Assembly: GCF_963921235.1 (NCBI RefSeq)
Contig: NW_026948113.1
Coordinates: forward strand, 310,001-374,000
Direction of reading: 5' to 3'
Origin: Mobula hypostoma
Lineage: Eukaryota
DNA length: 64,000 nt
Part shown: in pieces, positions 34,801-47,900 of the stretch
Layout: each line of letters starts with the position of its first letter
How positions within the stretch are numbered: position 1 is the stretch's first letter
The notes under the pieces: generated by a model
What the model saw: only the letters and a program-made list of their open reading frames with translations
Told to the model about the DNA's origin: nothing
The model's database searches: none
Translations under genes and position numbers: made by a program

Positions 34801-37800
34801 AATTTCATGACACATGCCAGCAGTGTTAAACCTGATTTTGATTCTGATTCTCCCCAATCACCCAGTGAAATATAACCACTGTTGTGCCTTTGTAATTGCA
34901 TCAATATTTTAGGCATAGGATAGATCCTCAAAGATGTTGACATTCAGGAACTTGAAACTGCTCGTCCCTTCCACTTCTAATCCCTCATCGAGAAATCGTG
35001 TTTGTTCCCTCAATTTCCCCTCCAGAAGTTCACAGTTAGTTCCTTGGTCTTATTAGCCTCGAGTGCAAGTTTGTTACTGTGACACCACTCTACCGGCTGA
35101 TCTGTCTCACTCCTATACACCTCCTCGTCACCAGCTGAAATTCTTCCAACAATATTTGTGTTGTCAGCATATTTATAGATGGGTTTGAGCTGTGCCTCAG
35201 CACACAATCATGGGTGAGAAGATGTTACTTCTGATCCTCACAGGAACTCAAGGATACAGATGCAGAAGGAGGTACAGAGGCCCAGGTTTTGGAACTTGTT
35301 GGTTAGAACTGATTGTGTTGAATACTGAGCTGTAGTCAAGTCCGAGCAGAGAGCCAGTGAGATTGCATCACTGTGGACATAGTGCAACAGGTCCAGGTCC
35401 TTGCAAAGGCAGGAGTTGATTCTGGCCATGACCAATCTCTCAAAGCACTTTATCACAGTAGATTTGAGTGCCACTGGCTGATAGCTTTTGGGGCAGCTCA
35501 CCCTGCTGTTCTTGAGCACTGGTATGATTGTCACCGTTTTGAAGCCAGTGTGAACCTCTGACTGCAGTAATGAGAGATTGAAAATGTCCTTGAACACTCC
35601 CATCAATTGGTTGGCACAAGTTTTCAGAACTCTACCAGGTACACTACCAGGTCCTGATGCCTTGTGAGAGTTCACCCTCTTGAAATATGGTCTAACACCG
35701 ATCTCCAAGACAGGGATCACAGGGTCATCAGGTGCTGCAGGGACCCACACAGGTGTTGTTTTATTCTTCCACTCAAAGCATGAATAAAAGCATTGAGCTC
35801 ATCTGGGAGTGAAATTCACAGCCATACATGATATTAGATTCCGCTTTTTTAGGAAGTAATGGTCTGCAAGCCCTACCAGATTCCATCTCCAACTCCATCT
35901 CTAACCACAATGGAAACTGGGGTTTTTTTTGCCCTTAAAATAGTCTTCCATAAGTCATACCTGGACATTTTTTTTATAGTTATGGACACACCACAGCCAC
36001 TGCAACTCCAGAGAATAAAACAGCATAAGTTTGACCAACCTCTCCATACAACAGATGCCCTCTGATACAGGCAGCAGCTCGGTGAACGTCTACTGCACTC
36101 TCTCTAAAGCTTTCTCATCCTTCTTGTAATGGGGCAGCCAGGACCGGATGAAATATTCCAAATAACCAGAGTTTTATAAAGCTGCAACATAACTTTCTGA
36201 CTCTTGACCTCAGAAATTCCACTAATGAAAGCAAGCATGAATATACTTTATTTACCAACATATCAACCTGTGTTGCCCCTTTCTGGGAGCTATAGACATG
36301 GACCCCAACTCCCTCCGTACATCAATACTGCTAAGAGTCTTGCCATTAATAGTGTAATGACTCTTGTGGTCTTCGGCAGAGTGGTTACAATCTGTGATCA
36401 CACACAAAATGCTGAAGGAACTCAGCAGGCCAGGCCGCGTCTATGGAAAAGAATACAGTCAATGTTTTGGGCTGAGACCCTTCAGCAGGACTGGAGTGAA
36501 AAAGCTGAGGATAGGGTTTAAAAAGTGGAGGGAGGGGAGAGAGAAACACAAGGTGATAGGTGAAAGTATAGAGCTGGGAATTTGATGGTGAAAGAAATAC
36601 GGGGCTGGAGGAGGTGGAAGTAGGATAGATGAGGACAGAAGGCCATGGAAGAAACAAAAGGTGGCAGGGGGTGGGGGGAGGAGCACCAGAGGGAGGTAAC
36701 AGGTGGGCAAGCAGATAAGGTGAGAGATGGAAAAGAGAAAGGGGATGGGGAATGGTGAAGGCGGGGCAGTACTGGAAGTTCGAGAAATCGATGTTTATGC
36801 CATCAGGTTGGAGGCCATGCAGATGGAATATAAGGTGTTGTTCCTCCAACCTAAGTGTGGCCTCATCATGAATTATGGGAATGGGAATGGGAAGTGGAAT
36901 GAAAATGGGTGGCCACTGGGAGATCCTGCTTTCTGTGCTGCACGGAGCATAGGTACTCACTGAAGCGGTCTCCCAATCTACGTCGGGTCACCAATATACA
37001 GAATTTCTCGACCTTCCAGTAATGCCCCCCCTTCCCCATCCCCCATCCCCTTTTCCCTCCCTCACTTTACCTCCTTGCCCACCCAGCGCCTCACTCTGGA
37101 TCTCCTCCCCTTTTTTGTTTTCCTGTTGCTCACCATCTCTTTCACCAATTAACTTCCCAGATCTTTACTCTTCAGTTTTCACCTATCATCTTGTGTTTTC
37201 CTCCCTCCCCCCCGCCCACCTTTTAAATCTACTCCTCAGCTTTTTCTCGCCAGTCCAGCTGAAGGGTCTCGGGCCAAAACTTTGACTGTACTCGTTTCCA
37301 TAGATGCTGCCTGGCCTGCTGAGTTGCTCCAGCATTTTGTGTGTGTTGCTCAGATTTCCAGCATCTGCAGATTTTCTCTTGTTTGTGTCTGAATAGGATG
37401 CAACTTTATAATAGCGCAATGATTCAGCAAGGAGAACAGTACAACTATGAAGTGGAGCACTGCTCTGCTTGCTGAATCATTGTGCTGCTCTTGTGTTCAT
37501 GGTATGAAGCTGTGGGAAATGGCTGATTGCATCAGTAAAGAATCACCTATGACTCTATAATCTGTGGGGGAATTTCTTCACTCAGAGCGTGCTGTGGGTA
37601 TGGAACAAGTTGACAGCAGAAGGTATATATGCAATTTTGATTGTAGCATTAAAGAGAAACTTTGATTGGTACTGTATATCAATGAGAGGTATAGATGGTT
37701 ATGGTCAGGGTGCTGTTAGATGGTCCTAGGCAAAAGACCAGGTTGGCATATACTGGATGGGCCAAGTGGCCTGTTTCTGTGCTGTAGTGCTGTATGACTC

Positions 37801-38862
37801 TAAACCATCTCCCTTAACAGCTTCCGGAATTATATAGCACAGAAATTGCCTTCAGTTCACCATATACATGTTGACTATTGAGTACCTTTGCATATAACTC
37901 CATTTACTAGCTTTTCATCTACAGCTTCTGTGCCTTAGTGCTTTAAATGCTCATCCAGATGCTTCAACGTTGTGAGAGTCTCTGATCCACCACCCTCTCA
38001 GGCTGTTCGTTCCAGAATCCAACCACCCTCTGGATAAAAATTGTGTTCCCCAAATCCAGTCCTACCTTTTCCTTATACCTCAGCCCTTTGGTTTCCTACA
38101 GTCTGTTTTATTTGTGTACCAGTTTTGTATCAGGTCTCCCCCGGCCTCGCTGCTGCTCGGACAATGAATCCAGTCAGATTACACACGTCAGGAGTGCTAA
38201 CGTGTACTCTTCTCATTGCTGGATGTCAAAGCAGCCTGTTATCCACCACCCTGAACATTCATTCCTTACTTTACGAGTGGATGGTAGCTGCAGTTTGCAC
38301 CATCTATGAAATCCATCACAGTTCCTCACCAAAAACTTGTGACCACCACCAGGAGGGTCAAAAGCTTAATTTGCATGGGAACACTACTCCCTGCAGGTTC
38401 CCCACACCATCCAGAGTTGGAAATATATTGCCACTCCTGCATGTTCATTGGACTTTAACTCCTAGCATACAGTACCTCACTCCAATGGCTTATTGGTAGA
38501 ACTTTCACCAGAAGGACTCCAGCAGATCGAAGAAGATGGTTCATCCTCACCTTCAACGGGGCAGTAGTGAAAGGCCAATAAATAATGCCTCTCCAGCAGA
38601 TGAGTAAAAGAAAATGTTCTCAGGGCCAAGGTGGATGCAGAGGCATTAAAGTGCTTTCCACTTTCCGTACACCCCACTTTATTCACATTGAGATGCACAT
38701 TACAGAAACAGTCTGACCATCAAGCATTCATCTACACTAGTCCAAGATCCAAAACTCAGTCAGATAGATGCCTGGTGGTCAGCCCACATTTTCCCACATT
38801 CCTGTCCAGGCAGTCTCAGGAAGGATGTGCAAACTCCACACATACACACACACACACACACA

Positions 38863-38909
<47 letters not shown>

Positions 38910-41900
38910 CACTGGATGGCAAGGGGAGAACGTACAAACTCCTTACAGGCAGCAGTGGAAATTGAATTTGGGTTGCTGGTACTGTAAAAAGTTGTGTTAA
39001 CCACTATGCCGCCCCTGGATCGTCCAATCCAGCACATAAAGTCGCAAAATAACATGAGCACAATCCCTGAGTGCCAAGTGTGAAGACTGACAGGTTGGCA
39101 TGAATTGCGATGTGCATGTTTATGTAAGACATTATAATGTATAATGTTACTGTACCAGACAGTAATGCAGCTGCTTAGGACACTCTTGTTGGTGCTCCGG
39201 TAGAAGGTGGTGAAAATGGGGGGGTGAGGGGAAATGTGGGGAAAGTGGGGAGATAGGAGATTGCCAGTCATGTGCACTCCAAGAAACTTGGTGCTTCTGA
39301 CTCTCTCCGCAAAAAAGCCATTATGTGCAATATGAAGTTGTCAGCCTGCATCTTCTTGAAGTCCAACATTATCTCTTCAGTCTTGTCGACATTGAGATTT
39401 ATGTTGCTGTGTTTACACCTGTCCACAAGCTGCACTACCTCCTCCCTGCTGTTTCATCATTGCTGTTGATGAGGCCAACCACTGTTGCATTGTCAGCGAA
39501 TCTAATGACGCAGTTAGAATGGATTTGGCAATGCAGTTGTGTGTTAGTGTTATGAACAGCAGTAGGTTGAAAGTACAGCCCTAGGGGCGTGCTAGTGCTA
39601 TATGTGATGGGATCAGAGACGTTGCTGCCAATAGGGGCAGTGTGTGGTCTCTTCAGAGGAATGGAGCAGTGCAGACCAGCAGGTATAAGAGGAATAGGTA
39701 GAGTGGATAGCCAGCTCCACTTCCCCGGGCACCACTGCTCAATACAAGAGGACATGGCTTTAAGATAAGGGGTGGGAAGTTCAAGAGGGATATTAGAGGA
39801 AGTTTTTTTACTCAGAGAGTGGTTGGTGCGTGGAATGCACTGCCTGAGTCAGTGGTGGAGGCAAATACACTAGTGAAGTTTAAGAGACTACTAGACAGGT
39901 ATATGGAGGAATTTAAGGTGGGGGATTATATGGGAGGCAGGGTTTGAGGGTCGGCACAACATTGTGGGCTGAAGGGCCTGTACTGTGCTGTATTATTCTG
40001 TATGTTCTGTGTTCATCAGGGACATCAAGGTCCAGTTACAGAGGCAAGTATTGGGACCAAACATGGACAATTTTCCAACGAATATCTGGGGAATAATTGT
40101 ATTGAAAACAGTACTGACATCAATCAACAGCATTTTGACACAATTGACACTCTCAGAGAGAATGGATAATCTCTGGAATTCCCTATGCAGGGGAAGCTGA
40201 ATCATCTGGGATATTCAAAAAAAAAAGAAAGCAGGCAAATTTTGAAATGAGAGGTTCATAGATTCATAGAGGGCAGTAGCAGTCCCTTCAGACCATCACA
40301 AACATGCTAACTGTTGTGTCCTCATCTATAGTAGTTCTGTTTGCCAGTATTTAGTCCTTAGCCTTCTGTGCCTTTGCAATTCAAGTCAACTCAAATCAAG
40401 TTTATTGTGATGTGCACAAATACAGCGAGGTACACATACAGTGAAAAACTTGCTTGCAGCATCATCACAGGCTCACAATTGCAGAATATAATTTGTACAT
40501 ACAGATAAGTTATATGTAAGCTATATCATGGTGAATAGAAATGAAAAAATATGCAAAAAGGAGACATTATTCCAAAAAACAACACAATCAACAATAAAAC
40601 CAGGATAGTTCTAGAGGTGGTCTGCACTGCTCCATTGCTGAGGTAGATTGGTGTCGTGCAGGTCAGTTCAAGGACCTCTTGGTTGTAGGAAAGTATCTGA
40701 TCCTGAACCTGACGATGTAGGACTTCAGGCTTCTGTACCTCCTGCCCAGTGGCAAAACCCAGAGGAGGGCATGACCAAGATTGAAAAGATGCTGTTGATA
40801 GATGCCATCTTCTTGGGGCAGAACCTCCTGTAGATGCTGTCAGTGGAGGGGAGGGCTCTGTCCATTTTAGACCAAGCTATGTCCACTATTCCCTGCCATA
40901 TCTTGTATTCTTTTGCATTGGAATTGCCATACCAATCAAGAGGCCTCCAGTCAGAATACTTTATAGTACTTCTGTAGAAGTTTCTTCTCATTTTTGGTGC
41001 TATGGCAAATCTTAAGTTTCTCAGAAAGCAGAGATGTTGATGTACCTTTTTAATGATTTAATTTATGTGCCATGCCCATGAAATGTCACTGAGATGTTGG
41101 CAGTCAGGAATTTGAAGCTGATGACTCTCCACTCTCACCCACCCATGAGAACTAGCATGTTGTCTACTGAATTCAGACACTTTTATGTCTCTGAGATTAC
41201 CTATCTGCTCCTCAAAGTGTGTTTTACAAATTGCAATCAAAGTTCAAAAATTCAAAGTAAATTTATTATCAAAGCATGGCTATGTCACCATATACCACCC
41301 TGAGATTCACTTCCTTGCAGGCATTCACAGTAAAAGAAATACAATAATCAATGAAAAACTACACATATACAATTACAGACAAACAACTAATGTGTAAAAG
41401 AGACAAAATGTACAAATACAAAAGAAAAAAAGACAAATAATAATAATTAGCTGTGTACATACATCTATTGATGCTTCTGGACACATCTTTAGTGATGTTC
41501 CTGGAATCATCGGGTGTTTCGGGTCTTTCAACATCATACACCCTCCTCCAGGTGACCCAGCCGGGGCTGATCAGACAGCAGCTTGTGTCCAGATGGCTAG
41601 CTACTTATGACTCCATGGCTCCCCTCTTTTGAGCCACAGCCATCTTGAGGCCCTTTCTGCACCATCGGTGGTACTGTGGATGGCTCTCCTCTTCCTCTCT
41701 CTCTCGATGCCCAAAATGCTGAAGGCTCTAACTAAAGAACGGGCTATGAATCCCCTACAACCAACCTCCACTGGGAGACACCTCGCTCTCCATCCAGCCT
41801 GCTGACAGTTGCTGACCAGTCCTGCATACTTGGAGAGCTTCCTTTCAAAGGTCTCCTCCAAGCTATCTTCCCATGGAACTTCCCAGCAGCACCACTTGCT

Positions 41901-44900
41901 TAGTAGACTCAGACACTAGGACAATGTCTGGTCGCAGGGTGGTGGCTGCGATATGGTTGGGGAACTTCAGCTGCCCTTCGAGGTCCACCAACAGCTGCCA
42001 GTCCCTTGCAGAGGTCAGAATGCCTGCAGATGTTCTTTTGGCAGGTATTGGCTGATCCCCAGCTCTGACAAAGGCAATGGTCTGCTTGGAGGGTCGGGAC
42101 CTCTTCGCCCACTCAACTCCTGTGCTGACGGCTTCAGCGATGGTCTTCAGGAACTGATCATGCCACCACCTGTATCGTCCCTCACAAAGTGCCCTTGCAC
42201 AGCCGCTGAGGATGTGCTCCAGGGTTCCTCGCTTGGAGCACAGTGGGCACGCAGATGACTCTGCCTTGCCCCATGTGTGCAGGTTTGATGGGCTTGGAAG
42301 CACATCGTACACTGCCTGGATGAGAAATTGGATGCAGTGTGGTTCGGCTTTCCAAAGATCAGCCCAGGTCACTTTCCTCTCAACCGCATTCTCCCGTCTT
42401 GTCCAAGCTCCCTGTTGCTTCATTCCCACCGCCTTGCAGGCTCTCATCTCCTCCACTAAATAATACTGTGAAAACTAGATGTAGTCTTTGACAGTTAGTC
42501 CGTAGGTTATGGAATTGGTTCAGTGTTGAGGTAGTCTGATGGTTGAAGTGTAATAACTTCCTGAACCTCACCTTCTGGGTGAAAACATTTCCCTCAATCC
42601 CCTCTCAACTTCCTCTCTCCTTAAACCTACGCTGTCTACTTCAGATGTCTTTGTTATGGGGAAAAGGTTCTCATTATCTTCTCTATGTCTCTCATAATTT
42701 GACACACCTCTTTTGGATCCCTCCTCAACCTACTCTGCCTCGAGGAAAACAAACACAGTCTCTTCAGTCTTTCCTCATAAACCGAATATGCCATATTCTT
42801 TGTGCCCCTCCAGTGTGGTCACATGTATCCTGTAGTGCAATAATCAGAACTGTACGTGTTTCCCTTCCATCTGTCTGTTTTAGTGATTTTCTTCAAACAC
42901 TAAATTGAATATGTTCATTTTTTGAGCTTTGCACATCACTGATGACTAGCAGGGCAGGAGGTGAGGAAGGAGAATCGCCATGATATGTGACCTCATTATG
43001 AAGTTGCGGTTGTTTTGTATTTGGCAGAGACACACAAACTGCAATATTTTTACACCTCGATGACCGGAAATGTGGATTTTCCTGAGTTTGTACACGTTGG
43101 ACTTTTGGATGATGTCCAGATAACCTACTTTGACAACAGTATTATGGAGGACGTTTCAAGACAGCCGTGGATGGAGAGAGAACTGAATGGTGACTACTGG
43201 ACGAAGGAGACCCAGAGGCTAATCAATCGGCACAAGCTGTCCATGGCCAACCTCCAGATCGCAATTCAACGAACCAACAGAAGCATGACAGGTGCGTGCA
43301 TCATTATGCTTGTAAAGTGAATGGGCTTCACACTGTATGCAGACCCACATTGTTTTTATAGGAGCCATGTGTGAGGCTGATTGAAAATGTTCAGTCACTT
43401 CAGTTGAGATAGTAAATTGGATGTGACATTGGCTTCATTAGAGAAGCCAGAGGGTTGTAGTAGATGTTTGCCTCTCTGACTGGAGGCCTGTGACTAGAGG
43501 TGTGCTGCAAGGGTCAGTGTTCATCCATTGATTTTCATCTTTATTAATGATCTGGATGATGATGTGTTAAACTGGATCAGCAAATTTAAAGATGACCCCC
43601 AAGATTGGGAGCATAATGGACAGTGAGAAAGCCTATCAAAGCTTATGCAGGATTTGGACCAGCCGTGGTGCGGGTGGAGGGGTGGGAGGAAAGGCTGAAA
43701 AGTGACAGATAAATTTAATGTAGACAAATGCAAGGTGTTGCACTTTGAGAGAACTAGGGTAGGACATACAGTACACAGTGTAGGGCACTGATAAGTGCAG
43801 TAGTACAGAGGGATTGTTAATACGTATCCATAATTCCCTGAACGTGGTGTTACAGGTAGAAAAGGTCATAAAGAGAGATTTTGGCATATTAGATTTCATA
43901 AATCCAAGTATTGGGAACAGGAGTGGGATGTTATTTGAAGTTGTATAGGAAATTGGTGAGGTCAAATTTGGGGTGTTGTGTGCAGTTCTGGTCACCTCCT
44001 GTACCTACAAGAAAGATATTGATAATGTTGAAAGAGTGCAGAGAAAACTTATAAGGATGTTGTCGGGACTTGAGGACTTAAGTCATAAGAAACTGTTGAG
44101 CAGGTTAGGACTTTATTCCCTGGACCATAGGAGTATGAGCAGAGATTTGATAGAAATATACAAAATTATGAGTATTATAGATTGGGTACATATAAGCAGT
44201 GTTCTTCCATTGAGGTCGGGTGAGACTAGAACTAGATATCATAGGCTAAAGGTGAGAGATGAAGTACTCAGGTGAACATGGGTGGCTGCGAATGTGGAAT
44301 GATCAGGTTTGTTTTCAACATCAGAGAAGTTTAGATGAACACCTGGATGGCATGGTTATGGAGGGCTATGGTGCAGGCGTAGGTGCAGGTCGATGCGGCT
44401 ATGCAGAACAATAGTTTGGCATAGACTAGGTGGGCCAAAGGGTGTTTTTCTGTGCTGTAGTGTTCAATGGGAGCGGACCACTATATTGGGAAAGCAACCC
44501 AATGGTGTATTGGAGAGAGGACAGTGACATGAAAATGGCGGGAAATGGTAAGTGGACAGGCACAATGGGTGTGCAATCCAGGCTACGTAATGGTGAGCAG
44601 ATGGTAATATTGGGAATGTAATGAATAGGAATGATGTCTGACTCAGAACGAGGAATGGCTGTGACTGCAAAGTTAGGACTAATGGGAGGGCAGTGATGAA
44701 TTGACGTCTGTGTTGGAGGTAATGAGTGGATAATGATCAGTGATAGCTATGTATATGTGTAATGAGTGTGTAATGGTGAGCGGATCGGTGTGTAGAACTG
44801 TAATGAGTATGTAATAGTGAGTGGATGGCTGTGTGGGAGTGTATAGGTGGGTAATGATGAGTGATTGCAATCTGGGTGTTTAAAGGGTGGGTAGAAGTGA

Positions 44901-47900
44901 GTAGATGGCTGTATTCAAGTGTAATGGGTGGGTAATGGCTGGGTGGGACTGTTGTGAGTGGATGCCATATGAAAATATAATAATGAGTGGATGGTTGTAT
45001 GAGAGTGAAAAGTGTGGGTAATGGTGAGTGATGGCCATGTGAGGATGTAATACGTTGGTAATAATGTGTATATGGCCATATGGCAATGTCATGGTGTAAC
45101 AGTGAGTGGATGGCTGTGGGAGTGTAATGGTGAGTAGATGGCAGAGTGGGAGTGTAATGGTGAGTAGATGGCTGTGTGGGAGGGTAATGAGTGTGCAATA
45201 AGTGGTTATTGGACATTGAGTGTGTAATGGGGAACAATGGTGAATGGAGATCCATGCCCCTGGGTTCCACATTATCGTACGAGATGCAGGTGTGACCTGA
45301 GGCCAGGTTTTGATTTCTTCTCCTTCTCCAGGGCTGAACTACCTGCAGTACACATCAAGCTGCCAGCTGAATGACGACCAAACGGTAAGCGGGGTCCGCC
45401 AGTTCGCCTTCAACGGCCAAGACCTAATCAGCTTTGACCTTGAGCATGCCACCTGGGTCACCACCTCTCCCATCGCGATCACCACGAAGGACAAGTGGAA
45501 CAGTGACAACAGCAACAATCTCTACAAAAAGCATTACACAGAGAACATCTGTGCCGAGTGGCTCAAGAAATATCTTGAGTACGGAGCCCAGACACTGTCT
45601 CGCAAAGGTAGGTCAGGCTAAACATCTGCCATTCAACATCTGATCAGTTCCCTGCCAGCCATGTCCTCCTGCACGTTTCACGTTGCCCCCACTAATTCCA
45701 TGGTGTTAGTTTGAACTGGAACCAATAGCACGAGTCATGAGGAAATGCAGCAGGACTTTGTTTTTTAGGATCAGAATTAGGATCGGGTTCATTATCGCTG
45801 TTATACACTAGGTGACCACTTAATTAGTGTAAGGAAAGAGTTAAAAGTGATTCCACCCAAACCACACCATGTGGCACCAACAATTCCAGTCACAGTCACT
45901 AAGATCATTTCTTTCCCGTTACGATGTTTTGTCTGAACAACTGAACCTCTTGACCATGTCTGCATGCTTTTGCTGTCACATGATTGGCTAATTAGATCTT
46001 TGCATTAATGAGCAGGTGTACAAGTGTACCTAATAATGTAGCCACTGTGTGTAATTTGTTGTTTTGTTACAGCAGTGCAGTGGGACACATAAAAAGTTAT
46101 TATACATGAGGAATGAACTGAATAAACAGAGCAAAAAGACAATTAGTGAGATGTTCATTGGTTCATGAACTTTTCAGCAGTCTGATGGCAGAGGAGATGA
46201 ACCTGTTCTTAAAACAGGAAGGTCTGCAGGTATGATTGAAATATGGAACCCTTAGACACCTACTTCCACCTATCCTGCTGGTGAATGTATGATCTCTGGA
46301 AAATAAAATGAAGACCTCACAGCAAAATTGCGGTACCAGAGGGACATCAGGGTCTTCTGTGTACTTTGCTTCATGGAAATATGGTTCATCCTACCTGTGG
46401 GCTTCACTATTCACCACAAGGACAGAATAGCTGAGACTTTTCATTGTGCTGCACAAACATGGCAGTCTTGTCTCAAACCTGCTCACCCAACATGGAACAT
46501 CTAGTGGTCAAGTTTTGTACGTTTTAGTTATGAGGGTGTTTTCTGCTGTCATCCTGGTAGTGGTACACATTCAGCCTCTGGTTGTGTCACCGTCTGATAT
46601 GGTGGAGCCATTGCACAGGATCAGCAAATCGAGCCAGCTGCAGCAGGGGCACTAGCCTGCCCAGCATCAAGGACATCTTCAAAGCACAATGCCTCAAAAA
46701 GCTGGCATCTATCAAAAAGGACCCCATCACCCAGGACATGCCCTCTTCTCATTGCTACTATCGTGGAGGCGGTACAGCAGCCTGAAGACACACACTTAAA
46801 TGTTTCAGGAACAGATTCTTCCCCTCTGCCATCAGATTTCTGAATGGACAATGACCCATGTACACTCTCTTATTATATTTCTTCCCTTTTTTTGGCTCTC
46901 TTTTTGACCACTTATTTAATCTAACTTTTTATATATATTTATTATTGTAATTTATAGTTTGTGTTTACTATATATTGCATTGTACTGCTGCCACAATGAC
47001 AAATTCCACAACATATATGCCAGTGATATAAAACCTGATTCTGAATGCACTGTCAGACCTGATTGGAGTTGTGGAGATCCACGGCTCTAGAAACAAGGGA
47101 GGGTCTATGACACGTCATCAGTGTTCATTTATTCTGTGAGTAAATTACAAGAGAGTTGTGGAGGCTTTGGAGAGGGTGCAGAACAGGTTCACCAGGACAC
47201 TGTCGGATTGGAGTACAAGAGCTATAAGAAGGGTTTGGATAAACTAGGGCTGTTTTCTCTGGATTATCAAAGGCTGAAGGGAGACCTGACAGAAGTTTCT
47301 AAAATTACCACAGACATCTTATCCCCGGGCATGCCTCTCTGTTGCCATGTGCCTGCTGCACGGAAGCTTCTCAATGCACCGGCGCATACATGTCTTTGTC
47401 TACATGACAGTAAACTCAACTTCAACTTTGACTTTGAGGTATTTAAGGTGAGAGGGGTAAAGGGCAAGATGGTAGTAGATGCCTGGAACGGGCTGCCAGT
47501 GGTGGAAGCAGATAAAGGTCTGGTGTTTAAAAGGCCGTGAGAGAAATGAATATGCAGGGAACGTCGGGATGTGGATCGTATATTCAGTGCAGATATTGTT
47601 GGCCAAAGGACCTGATCCCGTACTGTACTGTTCTACAAGTATGATTCTGAATACATGCTGCTTGGAAAGTATTAGGTGGTGTAGTTCACAAAATAAGATC
47701 TATCTTCAATCATTACAAGTGCTTTCCTATTGGCCAACTTTGATGTAAGTTATTATTAAGCATGCAATAAATTATCCATAAATCCCTACTGCAAAGAAGC
47801 AGGCCATTCAGCCCAACATGCCTGTGCTGGCTCTATGAGTGAGATATCCAATTAGTTACGCTCTTTTTCCACGGACTGCAATTTTTTTGTTACTTGGTGG

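Noticed and set aside
44737-45272. His/Thr/Pro-rich minus ORFs of 130-177 aa
   Set aside because: Products of the GT-rich tandem repeat.
43028-45607. CD1/MR1-like lipid- or metabolite-binding class I, or MHC class II
   Set aside because: Peptide-terminus anchors are retained and the groove is not markedly hydrophobic; alpha1+alpha2+alpha3 on one chain excludes class II.
43015-45621. ORF-track starts MYLAETH and MISSPSPG for the MHC domains
   Set aside because: These are TTG codons in intron sequence; the true exon starts are the AG acceptors at 43027 and 45331.
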